DNA of 62,865 nt, counting the filler, from Bigelowiella natans CCMP2755 (Eukaryota; Protista; Cercozoa), in the NCBI GenBank assembly GCA_000320545.1. It is 6 parts of 6 records of this genome, joined end to end, with 100 filler letters (N's around TTAATTAATTAA, not from the genome) between each part and the next. Parts side by side here need not be neighbours in the genome. Positions count along the whole stretch, not along the records: positions 29,218 to 50,895 come from ADNK01000345.1; positions 50,996 to 58,848 come from ADNK01001902.1; 4 more parts are not named here. One strand, written 5' to 3'. Within the stretch, counting starts at the first letter, position 1. Each line of letters opens with the position of its first letter. This document shows positions 38,253 to 51,191 of this stretch, in pieces. The position numbers and the translations under genes were made by a program. The notes beneath the pieces are model-generated. The model saw only the letters and a list, made by a program, of their open reading frames with translations, searched no databases and was not told the DNA's origin.

Positions 38253-40822
38253 TCATCGTCAGTAGTAGTAATGGTTGGTAGGCTGATGGAATTGATCATA
38301 GCCTTCTTTAATTGCGGAGGTGGGGGTAGCTCTTGTAGTGATCTAGCTATAAAGTCCCAAGTTGCAACCTGCAGGATTTTTATCATCATCATCATCATCA
38401 TCATCATCACATCATCATCATTATCATCATAAGATAAGAACAGTGTGGGTGATAAGAACAAATTGCTCTTATTAGTATATAATATCCATGACGATAATGA
38501 TATGTTTACGGCAGCAACGTGTTGTTGTTTAATCGTGCTTCTTCTTCTTCTTCTTCTTCACGACAATCCTTCATTCTTCATCAATCCATATAGCATGCTA
38601 AATGTGTTTTCACGCAAACATGATACGCATCATAGAGGCAGCAGCTATTGCAAACATCATATTATTACGACAAAACACTACTAATACTAACTACTACAAC
38701 AACTACTACTACTACTACTAACAGAATAACGAATTGATGAACCCTCTTACTACCAAGGCTAGTGTGCCGTTATGTACGAGGTTCTTGTGACTAATACTTC
38801 CTATTACAATACCTAATGGCGTTGTGTATTATTGTTCGTATGCTTACCATGCTATCGTATTGACAAATAATGGGATGTTTAGAACTCTACCACTGCTCAA
38901 AGTAGTAGTAGTAAGTCGTAGTAATAGTAGACAGTAGTAGTGGTAGTAGTAATATAAGTACCAATATGCTCTCTCCACTCAATGACAAAATAGTAATAAT
39001 AGTACTACCAATAAGCTCTCCGGTCAATGAGCATACGGCACCTCCTTCGCACCCAGGATATACACGTGTGTCGATTAATATAAGATCAGCAGCTGTTGAA
39101 TCATCCTTATCATTATTGCTTTTTACACTGTCACCGCCATAACCACGATCAGGAGGTGGAGGAGGATGATCATAACGAATGTCTCCTAGCTTGTTGCTGA
39201 CGATTCCAGAAGACACGGTATTAGCAAATATCTGCTCGGATAATATCCCATAAGGCGACGAAATCAACCGAATCTCTTCCCCTGCAAGTAAGTAAGTAAG
39301 TAAGTAAGTAAGTGGCAGCAAACCAGATCGAATTTGTTATTATTACAAGAGGTAAATAAGAGACAAAATGGCGACAAATATATTAAGAAAAAGACAAAAT
39401 TCGAACAAAATGAACAGGAAAAACAAGACTTATGCGTGCTGCTCATACTGCTTAAATTTTTGTTTTATTATGCTTGCAAGCATCCTCTGATCCTCTCAAT
39501 TCACCACTATTGACCTCTTCGTATGTGGTGTGACGACTTTGGAGGAAGTGTTGGATACATGCTACCACTACTACTACTACTACATGAAGACGAGGGCGAG
39601 CCTGCAGCAAGAAAGAAAAAGAAAAAGCAGTAATAGTTGTACGACAAATAAGAAGAGTAGAAGAAATGCGAATAAATGGATGGGGGCAGGTGGGCTTTAT
39701 GTCATCACACATGTAAGTTTATCGTGCCTGGTTATCATCATACATAGCAGGTAATTAATTTGGTAAGTCTCAGCAGTCGCAGCAGCAGCAGCAGCAGCTG
39801 TCGCTGGCATTATATCTTTTTGTTGTTGACCGAATTGTAATGGATTGTGGCCATCTCCAACGATGATCTTGAGTAAGGCGAAATGACCAAAAACATCATC
39901 CCCAAACTGAAATAGTCCTGGATGATGCTTTATATCTTTGTGGGATCTCTCTTTCCTCTCTGAGTCGTTGTTTGGCCACAATCGTGTTTCCCAAGCTGAT
40001 CTTTTCCTTCCAACGGTGATACGGTTGAGTATGCGCAACAGCCGGTTCTCGTGCCTCCTCAAAGAAGAAGAAGAAGAAGAAGAAGAAGAAGAAGAAGAAG
40101 AAGAAGAAGAAGGTGTCTTTGGATCCTTCTTCGGGAATACGTGAAGAAGCGCACAGCGCCACCACAGTCCATCGAATGTTCGTACGGATACCTCAACATC
40201 TTCGTGGAGAGATAATGGCGGATGAGAGCAGCAGCGGGAGGAGGAGGAGGAGGAGGGCGGAGGAGCACAATCCCCACCATCTGTTCGAATACTTGGTTGG
40301 TGCTGGCCGTTGGCATTATCATCAAAGTTGGAAGTAGTAGTCGGAACAACAACAAATGGTGACAAGATACTCGCTTCGCTTAGAACTACCTGATGAGTGA
40401 CGACAAATGATGATGAACAACGAGTACTAAACTAACACAGAAGAGCGATACTTGTAGTAGTAGTAGTAGTAGTATACAAATGATAAGCGTGTATAATAAT
40501 AGAGAAGTGTGGTAGTTTGTTGTATCAGCACTTTATTTTCATTACATTGTCGGCAACGAAGACACCCGATGCTGATCGACATGTTTGCCCCTTATTACGG
40601 AGGAAGAATGATGACTTCCCTGCTACTCTCTGCCGCGCATCCTTGTAGTTGATTAGGGGGGGCATCAGCAAGTGGGAACAAGCAACAGAACAAGAACAAC
40701 CTCACGTGGTTGCGTGTGGGCGCCGCCATTACTACTACCTTGATGCTAACTTTGACCATTACGGAGCTTTTGAGGCATTCTTCAACACACTTTTCCCTTC
40801 TTTTGTCTTCCTCCATCATCAT
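34239..40822 (-). CDS. TYSND1: Peroxisomal leader-peptide-processing trypsin-like protease (TYSND1/DEG15-like)
   Basis: N-domain SASGVF..VLSEASILSPF and ISSPYG..FANTVSSGIVSN..LIDTRVYPGCEGGAV. C-domain catalytic triad YVLTNKHV (~37480), WDIAIV (~36865) and AAVHQ-GNSGG (~35535). Ends in PTS1-like ARL*. Confidence 0.9.
36130..36385. repeat. Compound minisatellite: 4 copies of GAGTTGAAGAGAGTTTGGTTAAAAGGT each followed by a variable (AG)n
   Basis: Directly visible; lies within a TYSND1 intron. Confidence 0.9.
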
Positions 40823-41124
40823 TAAAGGGACCGTCCCTACTTCTTCTTCTCCTTGTTTAGGAAAGGCTGTTGTTCATTATCATCGATGAATCCAGTACGA
40901 GTAGCTCTTGCACGGCTTACTACTTAGGGGATTATAGATACTTATTTTACTTACTTGTCTTTGTCGCAGACCATTTTCCCCCTTGGTATTATGGGGAATG
41001 TAAGCACTCGCTACGACATTAGTAGTAGCAGCACTTTTCCTTGTCGCACCTTTATTTCCCCCTGTGGATTGCATTCAGCGGGCATCCATTCAACTGGTGC
41101 TCGTCCGTCGACGTCATCTTCTGA

Positions 41125-42487
41125 ATGATGCCGCCCCCCTACTCATTGCTCCCTAAGCGCTTGGGATTCAGTTTTGGAGGGTCTGGTCACCTCTTGGTTG
41201 TCCTTAGATAAGAATTATCTATATTCTTACTCCTCCTCCTCCTCCTCCTCCTCCTCGTCGTCGTCGTAGTGTCGAATAGCAATATTTGTTTGTTGGTAAC
41301 GTAACGGTGTTGGTCATTCTCATACATATCTCAGTTTCTCGTTCTCATACGTATCTCACTAGGTGTATCATCTCGGGGTAGCGCACTCTTTACTACGATA
41401 CAAAACGCTTATGGTAGTTATTTGTGCAGAGTAGTAGTGCCAACTTATTGTTAATGTAGTAGCCGATTATTTATTATGTGCACACTACTACGATATGATA
41501 GTCTCCTCCTCCTTCTCCTCCTCCCAACGTAGAAGAGAATAACAACCCTCGGCGGCAGCAGCGGGGGAGCGATTGCAGCGGTAATCAATCATTCCTCAAC
41601 ATATCCCTCAAGTTACCTAATCGAAAGTTCTTAATTTTTGGAGATATACCACTATCATCATCATCATCCTTTGTTGGTACTACATTGATGCAGGTAGCAA
41701 TGGCTTGTTCCCTTGCAGAAGACCACTCGTCGAGACAATTATCAAGTTTCCTCCACAGCTATGCCAAACAATGTATTTGATGAACTATCTATACAGTCTC
41801 AGTCTTGAAGAAGAGAGTTTCATTTGAATAAATAACGGCGATTTGTGTGATTGTTTTAAAGGCCAATCTCTCAGCGGCTTGGAGGCTATTATCCCAGAAG
41901 ATTCCACGGCAATGATCTTCAGTCCAGAGTTTCGACCTAAACTCGAGATTTCTGTGACAGATTGTAAAACTGGTAGCCGTCCTACTACGTTATCTTGTGT
42001 AGATAGATAGACAGATAGATAGATAGATAATAATAGGCAACAGTAGTATTCGGATATGTGTTATCACGCTATGCATGCAATAGTGATAATGATATGTGAT
42101 ATAACACATTCTAAAATTCCCTGTCATAGTAGCAAATTGAAAAAACTTGTGTACTCGAATGATTGCTACTGTGATTGAGAAACTCTGGTATGAATATCAT
42201 GATGATGATGATGATGATGATGACAATGGCGGTATTCAATATATTTTCATCATCTTTTTGCCTCTTCTTGACGTTCTTTTACTTCCTTTCTTCCATTGGC
42301 GTGATCCATTATCTCATCATCTTGTTAATATCATGCATGAAAAAGGTGAAAACGTATTGGTTTCCGGCTTCAAAAATCGTAAGGAGTTAATTCAGGTTGT
42401 TCTTGAGAGCGAGCTCTTCTATCTTTTTCCAATAGAATAGTATAGCGGCAGCAATTCTCAACAACAACAACAACAACAACAACATAG

Positions 42488-42518
<31 letters not shown>

Positions 42519-42891
42519 TATCCTCATCATCATCATCATCATCATCATCACTCACCATCGCTGTGGTCGTCGTCGATTTCTTCTTTATGACTACTACTAG
42601 GCTGTACGTGCGAGCTGCCATATACCTTCATCCTTCCATCCGGTTGATATGCTGAAAAGGAAGCGTACGTATGCGCTGGAAGATGGCCTCTCAATTCTTC
42701 ATATGCCGGGTAGTCTCATCATCATCATCATCATTAACATGTATTATGATAGAGGCTAAGTTATTATCATTTTTGCATTATCATTGATGAGTAGTAGAAG
42801 TAGTACCTAAGTTATCCTTCTATTGATGTCGTCTTATCTCTCTCTATTGTCCTTATATTTGATCTTTAACGCTCATCACACAACTACAACT

Positions 42892-42928
<37 letters not shown>

Positions 42929-42998
42929 CTTTTAAAACCATTGCTATTACGTTAGGCACCACGTACGCTGATGGAGGTTGTAGTAGTAGTAGTAGTAG

Positions 42999-43035
<37 letters not shown>

Positions 43036-44045
43036 AATTAAGCTTATTCATTGGAGGACCCTCATTCACTCAAAATCACTCAAAATCACTCATTGTCCTC
43101 TTTGTTCATTTTCTCTTCTTTCTTCTTCTTCTGCTTCTTCTTCTTCTTCTTCTTCTTTTTCTTCTTCTTCTAACTACTACTTTTTTACCCCCTCTCATTA
43201 TTCAGGCCTTAGCGAAGCAATACCGGATTTACAATTGTGTGACCAAACCGTTAAGGTCTCGCCTATCTCCGGCCAATGTAAACACTGATGCATGCATCAT
43301 TTTGGTGATGATAGTCATTCTTTTCTCTATGAAATGTGTATATTACTAACATTACTATTCTCTAATTTTATCTCATCACATTGCTCTTTGCGTCCATATT
43401 ATGTCTACTACTACTACTTCTTCTTCTTCTTCTTCATTTGCATCATATCATCGTTCAATCCACGTTTTCTTCTTCTTCTCCAATGTCTCCTCCTCCTATG
43501 ATGGACAACATCCATCACGTTTCTGTACGCATGTAGCTGGAAAATTCGGCATCTGTCCAGGTAGGCCGATATTGACAGATGAATTCAAGGCATGAGCTCA
43601 TGGTGGTGTGTGTTTCGAAATTGTAATAACTTATCAGAGTCATCTGGATTTAGAATTGGAAGAAGATATTTTGCAGGACAGAAAGTTGGCTTCGCACGCT
43701 CATCATCGTGAATGATAAAGATGATGATGATGATGATGATGATAATAATTATGATAATGGTTTCATGTGTTTCTTGCAATTATATTTATAACATGCTATG
43801 CACAGGTTGATTTGTCCTTCGAGAATTTAAAAAGATTGAACATATCAATCTTTGGGGACGAGCCGAATACGCTTTGCCAATTGTCGTGTAACACCACCGA
43901 CAACGACCTGATTCCTCGATCATAAGATTTCCTTCTTCATATACATCTCATGTGGTTGGTTTGTTATCTAAGGTTTGAAGAAGGAGAACAGGATTTAATG
44001 AATTGGAGCAACAACTTCGAGATACTGAACGACGAATCATCATAA
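41125..44045 (+). CDS. Patatin-like phospholipase/triacylglycerol lipase (PNPLA2/3/4-like)
   Basis: Exons give GFSFGGSGHLL-VYHLGVA, GGSSGGAIAA (GxSxG), AVRASCHIP, YADG-GLSEAIP..TVKVSPISG, GICP, LSFENLKRL and FEEGEQDL. Stop TAA at 44043-44045. Confidence 0.88.
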
Positions 44046-44926
44046 GAATACAAACATCATATTAGAGGTTAGCTGAAGAAAACAAAGATATAAGAATCAA
44101 TGCAATCGCGTGAATCTTGATATATCTCATTATTGTGGCTAGCGAAAGATGAAGTACATGCTCGATTACGTTTCACGGAGTAACGCTGCATTACATACTT
44201 AAACTGCATAATAGTTAGTGCTTGGATGGCGTCGTCATCACCTAACCCCATTCATTAGCAAATCATACGATACCAAATAACGCGTTGATTAGTATTCAGG
44301 AAATACCATTAAAAGGCCATTGTAGTCTTGTATAGTAAATTAATCGCAATGAAGTTGACAATGATGATAACTGTAAGATACACAATTGTTCGAAAGCATA
44401 TCTAGATATGTTGTACACGCGAATGTACGCGATCTATTTCTGCCGTCCGTCTAGTGCTTGCATTAAAAAAGGAGTGCATACATCGCATTTTGGCTCGTGC
44501 GCTCGGTTGGTTTGGAATAAGTTTCCTTTAAATAGTCTAAAATGTTCATGCACAGAGTATATACAAAGCTTTTAGTAGCAGTAAGCGATTTGCACACGCA
44601 CAACATCCATGATATGCGCTACAAGATTGCCTCATAACATGGTAATGTCAGGTCACATAAATGATATTTTTGATGATTCTACTGTGTACATAATAAGTAA
44701 CGCTTTAGAGTTGGTGTCTCCGGTGTGTAAATGCATAGTATGAAGATGACAATAATAGCAATTGTTCGTTAAGCTCTTCGATCTGCTGCTGCGATATATC
44801 GTTGCATCCATACTTTCCTCTATATGCAATTATTTGACAAGTTATACTGCTTGACCTGCAGAATCTCTATGATCGCTTGAGGCTGGTGTGTTACTTGGTT
44901 ATTAACTCGAAAATTAGTTGCATCTG

Positions 44927-45274
44927 CTAGATAGTCATTGGCTGCTGCTGCTGCTGCTTCTGCTGTGTGTTAGAACTACTGGTCAGAAAATGATTGTCCG
45001 ATATTGCACCTAGTAGTTAGTACGGTGGGTGTTGGAAAACAACAAGCAGCAGCAGCAGCAGCAGCTTATTTGCATTACTACACCGATGATGCAACAACAA
45101 CTGGTATTTATCATATAAATTAATTAGATATAAATAGTTAACGATGATGACCTGAAACATGTTTTACATCTTGATACTTTTCGTTAGATAAGTGTCCAGT
45201 ACTTCCTTCTTGTTGCTGCTGCTGAAAGTCTAAGATAGAGAATGTTATTGAAAATATATACTATCATGATAAGC

Positions 45275-45308
<34 letters not shown>

Positions 45309-46706
45309 ACCGACTCTTCGTAGTTGTCCTATTGGATAAGTAATACTTAGTGTACTGATAGTTGTGGCATTGATGATAGTTTATTCTTCTTCTTCTTCTT
45401 CCACTTAGTATCTCTATAGCATTGATGATAGTTTATTCTTCTTCTTCTTCTTCTTCTTCTTCCACTTAGTATCTCTATAGCAACAACAAGAATAACTACT
45501 ACTAGTCTACTGCATCTCCTACCGCTACTACCACCATAACATGAACCAAAAGTAATCGTATCAATATTATTATTATTGATGATAATAATAATAATAATAA
45601 TAATAATAACCTGAGGAAGAAGTAGCGGGCAGATATTTGTCGTTCCTTTAATGTATTAAATTGTTGTGAATTGCTGCTGCTGCTGCTGTATACTTTTCTA
45701 ATTTAAAGAAATGAAGAAAAACGAGATTGCATTCATCATAGAGAGAGCATCATCGTCATAATCGGTATTATTATCGTCGTCATAGAGAGGGCATCATCGC
45801 CATAATCGGTATTATTATCGTCGTCGCCATCATCAATTTTGGAACTATTTTCTTCGCAATGATACTACCTGAAAAGGAGGCTGTTGTTGTTGTTGTTGTT
45901 GTTGTTGTTGTACTGATGCTGCTGGTGCTGCATCATATTCATATGCGATGATGATAACGATGATGATGAAAGCAGTGGGTGCTGTGTAGTATTGTCTTGT
46001 ACTATTATTTGATGATGGTGATGATGTTGCGATCCACTTTGTCCCATTCTCTTCAACAACTCATCCTATATCATAACACATTTTTCAACGTAATCACACA
46101 AGTCAGCAGCACGATAACAATGCCGATCATAATAATAGTAATGAATATGGTCATGATGAGAAAATTGACAATGTATAATTAATATATTATCCCTCGTGTA
46201 TGTTGTTGTTCTTCTTGTTTTTCTTCTTATCCTCCTTCATCACGTAGTAGTCTTTCTTCTTCTTCTTCTTCTTCTTCTTCTTCTTCTTCTGACGTATTCT
46301 TTAGGTAGTCCATCTCCATCATAAGGATCATACGGGGAGGCAGCCAACATTGCTGTGATGATCAGGCATGGATTATCATGGGTTATGATGATCTACTACT
46401 ACTAAATCTTCTACGAGTAGTAGTACCTTCAAAGAGATGCAGGGCATTGTTGGGGGTAATACTGAGGTCAAATCTCAGGTGAACCAAGGCACCTGCAATG
46501 AAATAATAATTGCATGTGTGTGTAAGTAAACAAATCATCATCATGATGATGATCAAAATGGTGATGGCAGTAGCAGCACCTAACTCTGTCCTTAGTAATT
46601 CAGTTCTCTTGACATGTAATTTGAGCTCTATCTGGTCTGATATAATGACGACGAGGATGATGATGATGATGAAGATAATGATGATGATAATGATGATATT
46701 GTGTGT

Positions 46707-46748
<42 letters not shown>

Positions 46749-46980
46749 GTTAGGGACGATAGTGGGGGAATAATAAGAATAAGAATAATAAGAAGACGGA
46801 TAGAAAACATTCAAACGAAGAAGCCAATAATAACGCTATTACAGTGCAGAATATATTCAAACGAAGAGACCAACAATCACGCTATTATTGTGCAAAATAT
46901 ATTAGAAAATGATATCTTGATCATCATCATATCGTACTGTATCACACATCCCATCGTATCCTGTTACTTCTCCTAGTAGT

Positions 46981-47012
<32 letters not shown>

Positions 47013-47495
47013 AGTAGTAGTAGTACCTATGAGAGAGTCGACACGAAGATGTTTGCTACGACCCACTTTGGATGAGCGAGATCCTCCTCCCATCATCTAA
47101 GCAAAAAAAATACCAACATATCGATATAAATTATCAATTAACATAACAGTTACTGTAACTACATCTCAAGAAGGCATGCTTCTTTGCTTCCTCTACTCTC
47201 TACGACTTGTTATTCTTCTTCTATGAATAGTACCTGGTTGGTATTAATCTCTAATGGTTCATTATATTTGAATGCTAACAGTAGCGCAGCACCAGCCTAA
47301 TAACAAGGATGATGATGATGATGATAATAATAATAATGCATTTATTGTGCCAACAGGTTATACTACTAACAACAAGGTATAGAAATTAGATGGGGCTGGC
47401 TGCTGCTAGGGGAGGGGAGAGGAAGAAGACAACAAGACAGAGACGAAGGAGAAGAAGGAAAAGAAGAAGATAGGTGATAACGTAGTAGTAATAAG

Positions 47496-47530
<35 letters not shown>

Positions 47531-47786
47531 TTATGGTGTGTGTGCACTAGTAAGTAGAGTGGTAATGGTGGTGATAGCAAGTAAACAACTAACCGCAGCT
47601 TTTCGATTGTATTTAGACACCACATTCCGAAGGACCAGCCTGTTCAGATGATGATCATCATCATTATTATTATCATCACTATCACATGATGATGATAATG
47701 ATAATCATGATAATCACCTTTCAAAATATGAGTAAGCTAGTCCTGCTGTTGAAAGCTGTGATGACGATAGTGATGATGATGATGAC

Positions 47787-47823
<37 letters not shown>

Positions 47824-48194
47824 CACATTATTATTATTATAATTGTGTTCTTTATTAAGTTTAGATACTACATGATCCAATGAGATATTTAGTATGTTGT
47901 TAATCATTATCTCTATCATTAGCGAGAAATAATAATATAAGCTATAGAGTTTACAAAATAAAACAGCAGTACTTCCCATATCTATCCATAGAGCTATCTC
48001 AAAGCATAAGAGACTTGATCTTCTTTGCTTTGTTAAGACTCATCTTTGGAGCTGATAATGTATAGTTTGGTGTTGTTGTTGTTGGTGGTGGTGGTGATGA
48101 TGATGATGATACCCAAACATTCCTATTCCTATGTGCGTGGTGGTACTGGTGATTATGATGATAATGATGATGATGATAGATGATGATAGATGAC

Positions 48195-48226
<32 letters not shown>

Positions 48227-48294
48227 CAATATGTGATGTAAGGAGCTCGATTGAGCTATCATCAACGTTATATCTTAGCAGAAACAACTAGTAA

Positions 48295-48327
<33 letters not shown>

Positions 48328-48434
48328 CAGTACCCGTCAACCAGTCTCCATGTTTGGCTTGAAACAGATCGTTCAATTCTTTCCGTCTATCCTGAGGAGG
48401 AGGAGGAGGAGGAGGAGGAGGAGGAGGAGGACAT

Positions 48435-48465
<31 letters not shown>

Positions 48466-48691
48466 AAGTGTCGTGATGTGCTACTAGTACTACTCCTACT
48501 ACATAATACCTTCTCTCTGACATAAAACACAACACTCGATACGACGCCTGGCATTTTCATCACCTAGTAGTAGTAGGACACAAGTGCAAGTTTATACAAT
48601 CTTGTATAGTCAGTGGTAGTAGGAGTGGTTCTCTCCCCCCCCCCCATATATTGATGAAGAACGAGGAGAGAAGGACAAGGAGTGTTGCTGT

Positions 48692-48724
<33 letters not shown>

Positions 48725-49190
48725 ACAGAAAGTGCATAATAAATAGGCACACCACCACCACCACCACCACCACCACATAATCTCTCATCAATGAATGAAT
48801 GAATGAATGAATCACCGCTCTGCTGTGTCTCTTTAGCTTGAAGTTCCCGCACAAAAGCATAGGATCATAATTTTCGATCTCCTCGCTTTGATGATGATAG
48901 TTTTACACAACATGATGAGCGTTATAAGAGGAAGATAATAAAAGATAATACGATGACGATGGCTGTTACTACTCATACCTGAGAAGATGTGCATATGAGA
49001 CTCCTCCTCTCCTATTCTTTCTCCTACACAGAAGAAGAAGAAGAAGAAGAAGAAGAAGAAGAAGAAGAAGGAGGTAAATAGTCATTATTCCCTAATAATA
49101 CTGCTGTTAGATATGGATAGCGACAACGTAAATAGTCATTATTCCATAATAATACTGCTGTCAATATGGAAAGCACCAACGACGTAAACA

Positions 49191-49254
<64 letters not shown>

Positions 49255-49294
49255 TTGCTGTACACATGAAACACACAGTAGTAAGTAGTAGTAG

Positions 49295-49334
<40 letters not shown>

Positions 49335-49677
49335 TAGTGGTAATGGTACGATCTTAAGTGATCATGATATTCTCTTCTTGTTGTCGTTGTTGTTGTTGTA
49401 ATTGTTGTTGTTGTTGTTGGTGTTGCCTTGTGTCCTGTCTTCCCTGCCCTCCACCGTAAGAAACCTTTGCCCCTTTCTCCCTGACCTGATGACGTCGATT
49501 CAATGAATCCAGTAATTCTCAAAATTAAACGACAACAGTTGTAATAGATATCTAGATCAATTGATCAATTGATCTCCCTCACCCCCATTCATTATGACCA
49601 CGTAATAACAGTCCAAGTGCTACTATCACTCACTTCCAAACGTTTCACACAAATTCATCATGGATGTTTGTTGATTA

Positions 49678-49712
<35 letters not shown>

Positions 49713-49978
49713 TGATGATGATGATTATCCTTACCCCCTCCGACGTTGAGAAGTAGCAAGTTGGACCTTTATTTTATATATAATTATAACATATGTAGTA
49801 ATGAAGGAGAACAAGAAAAAGAAGAAGATTCCACTCATCATCAGTTGCAGCTTACCTGCCGCTATCATAATCATCATCATCGTCGTTGTCATCCATGATC
49901 ACAATCACCATCATCTAATCATCTATCATACCTAATCCTTCCTTTCTCTTTTTATTAGCATCATCGTCATCATCATCG

Positions 49979-50014
<36 letters not shown>

Positions 50015-50266
50015 CCACCATCTGCTTATGATTTGTTAGTATTCATAATTACCGATCTCTTCTCTTTCTATCTTCATCGCCAGTAGTGGCATTATGCAAC
50101 ACGGAAAACATCTAAACACATCGCTATCGTCACCATAAGAACATGAATATTGATACTGCCATTACTACTACTACCACTACAACTACTGTATGCTAATACT
50201 ACCATTATTGGCGGTCTTGACTTGTATGCGAGCCATACGTGAGCTCCTATTACCTATGAAACGAGG

Positions 50267-50308
<42 letters not shown>

Positions 50309-50690
50309 ATCAGACAACAGATATTGCAGTCGTAGTAGTTGTTGTTGTTGTAGAAGTTGCTGCTGTTGCAAATTGGGAAGATAATGACGATAATTACGTT
50401 GATGACGATGATGACGATGATGATGGAAAATAACAACAACAGAAAGACAAGAAGAGAAAGGCCATAATGAGCTTATATCATATGAGAAGAGAAGATATAC
50501 AGATAAAATTTCAGCCGTGGTTGTTGTTTTTTCTTCTCTTCTTTTATTTTTGTTTCCTTCTTCTTCTTCTTCTTCTTCTTCTTCTTCTTCTTCTTTTCCC
50601 TTGAAATGTTGGTTTCATCAGTACTGACTCCATCATCCAATAGTTTCTCTTCCCACCCAGGTCGTTCTCTTGCTCCTTTTGGTCCTGTCA
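44927..50690 (-). CDS. CABLES-like cyclin-box protein; 5' truncated; two apparent 1-nt insertions in exon 47973-48051
   Basis: Exons give YDPMLL..KRHSRA-VMKMPGVVSS, RKELNDLFQAKHGDWLT, LSTAGLAYSYFER-LVLRNVVSKYNRKAA-AGAALLLAFKYNE and ELLRTEL-GALVHLRFDL, matching the CABLES cyclin fold. The 3' end is approximate. Confidence 0.78.
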
Positions 50691-50895
50691 GTCAAGAAAA
50701 AGAAGAGAGGAATCAATCAATCAATCAATCAATAGAAGAAGAAGAAGAAGAAGAAGAAGAAGAGATGTGGTGTGGGTAGCAGCAGTAGCAATACTTGGAA
50801 CAGATAATAGAGAACAACACATACCAAATAAAAAAAGATAACACATAACATCGTGTGATGAGTCAATAGTTGCTCTGTCCATTTTTCCAACACTT

Positions 50896-50995
50896 NNNNN
50901 NNNNNNNNNNNNNNNNNNNNNNNNNNNNNNNNNNNNNNNTTAATTAATTAANNNNNNNNNNNNNNNNNNNNNNNNNNNNNNNNNNNNNNNNNNNN
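50896..50995. other. Artificial contig spacer
   Basis: N-TTAATTAATTAA-N. Confidence 0.98.
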
Positions 50996-51144
50996 GTTGT
51001 TTAAACAATCTTCCATGTTCGTGCCGACTTCCAGCGTAGTCAGTTTCTGCACAACATCAACAACAACATTAATAAATCCAGCACGCGCGCGCCGTTTGTT
51101 CGTAATGGATGAGCCCGGAAGAAAGCGATACATACATGTGTATA

Positions 51145-51191
<47 letters not shown>

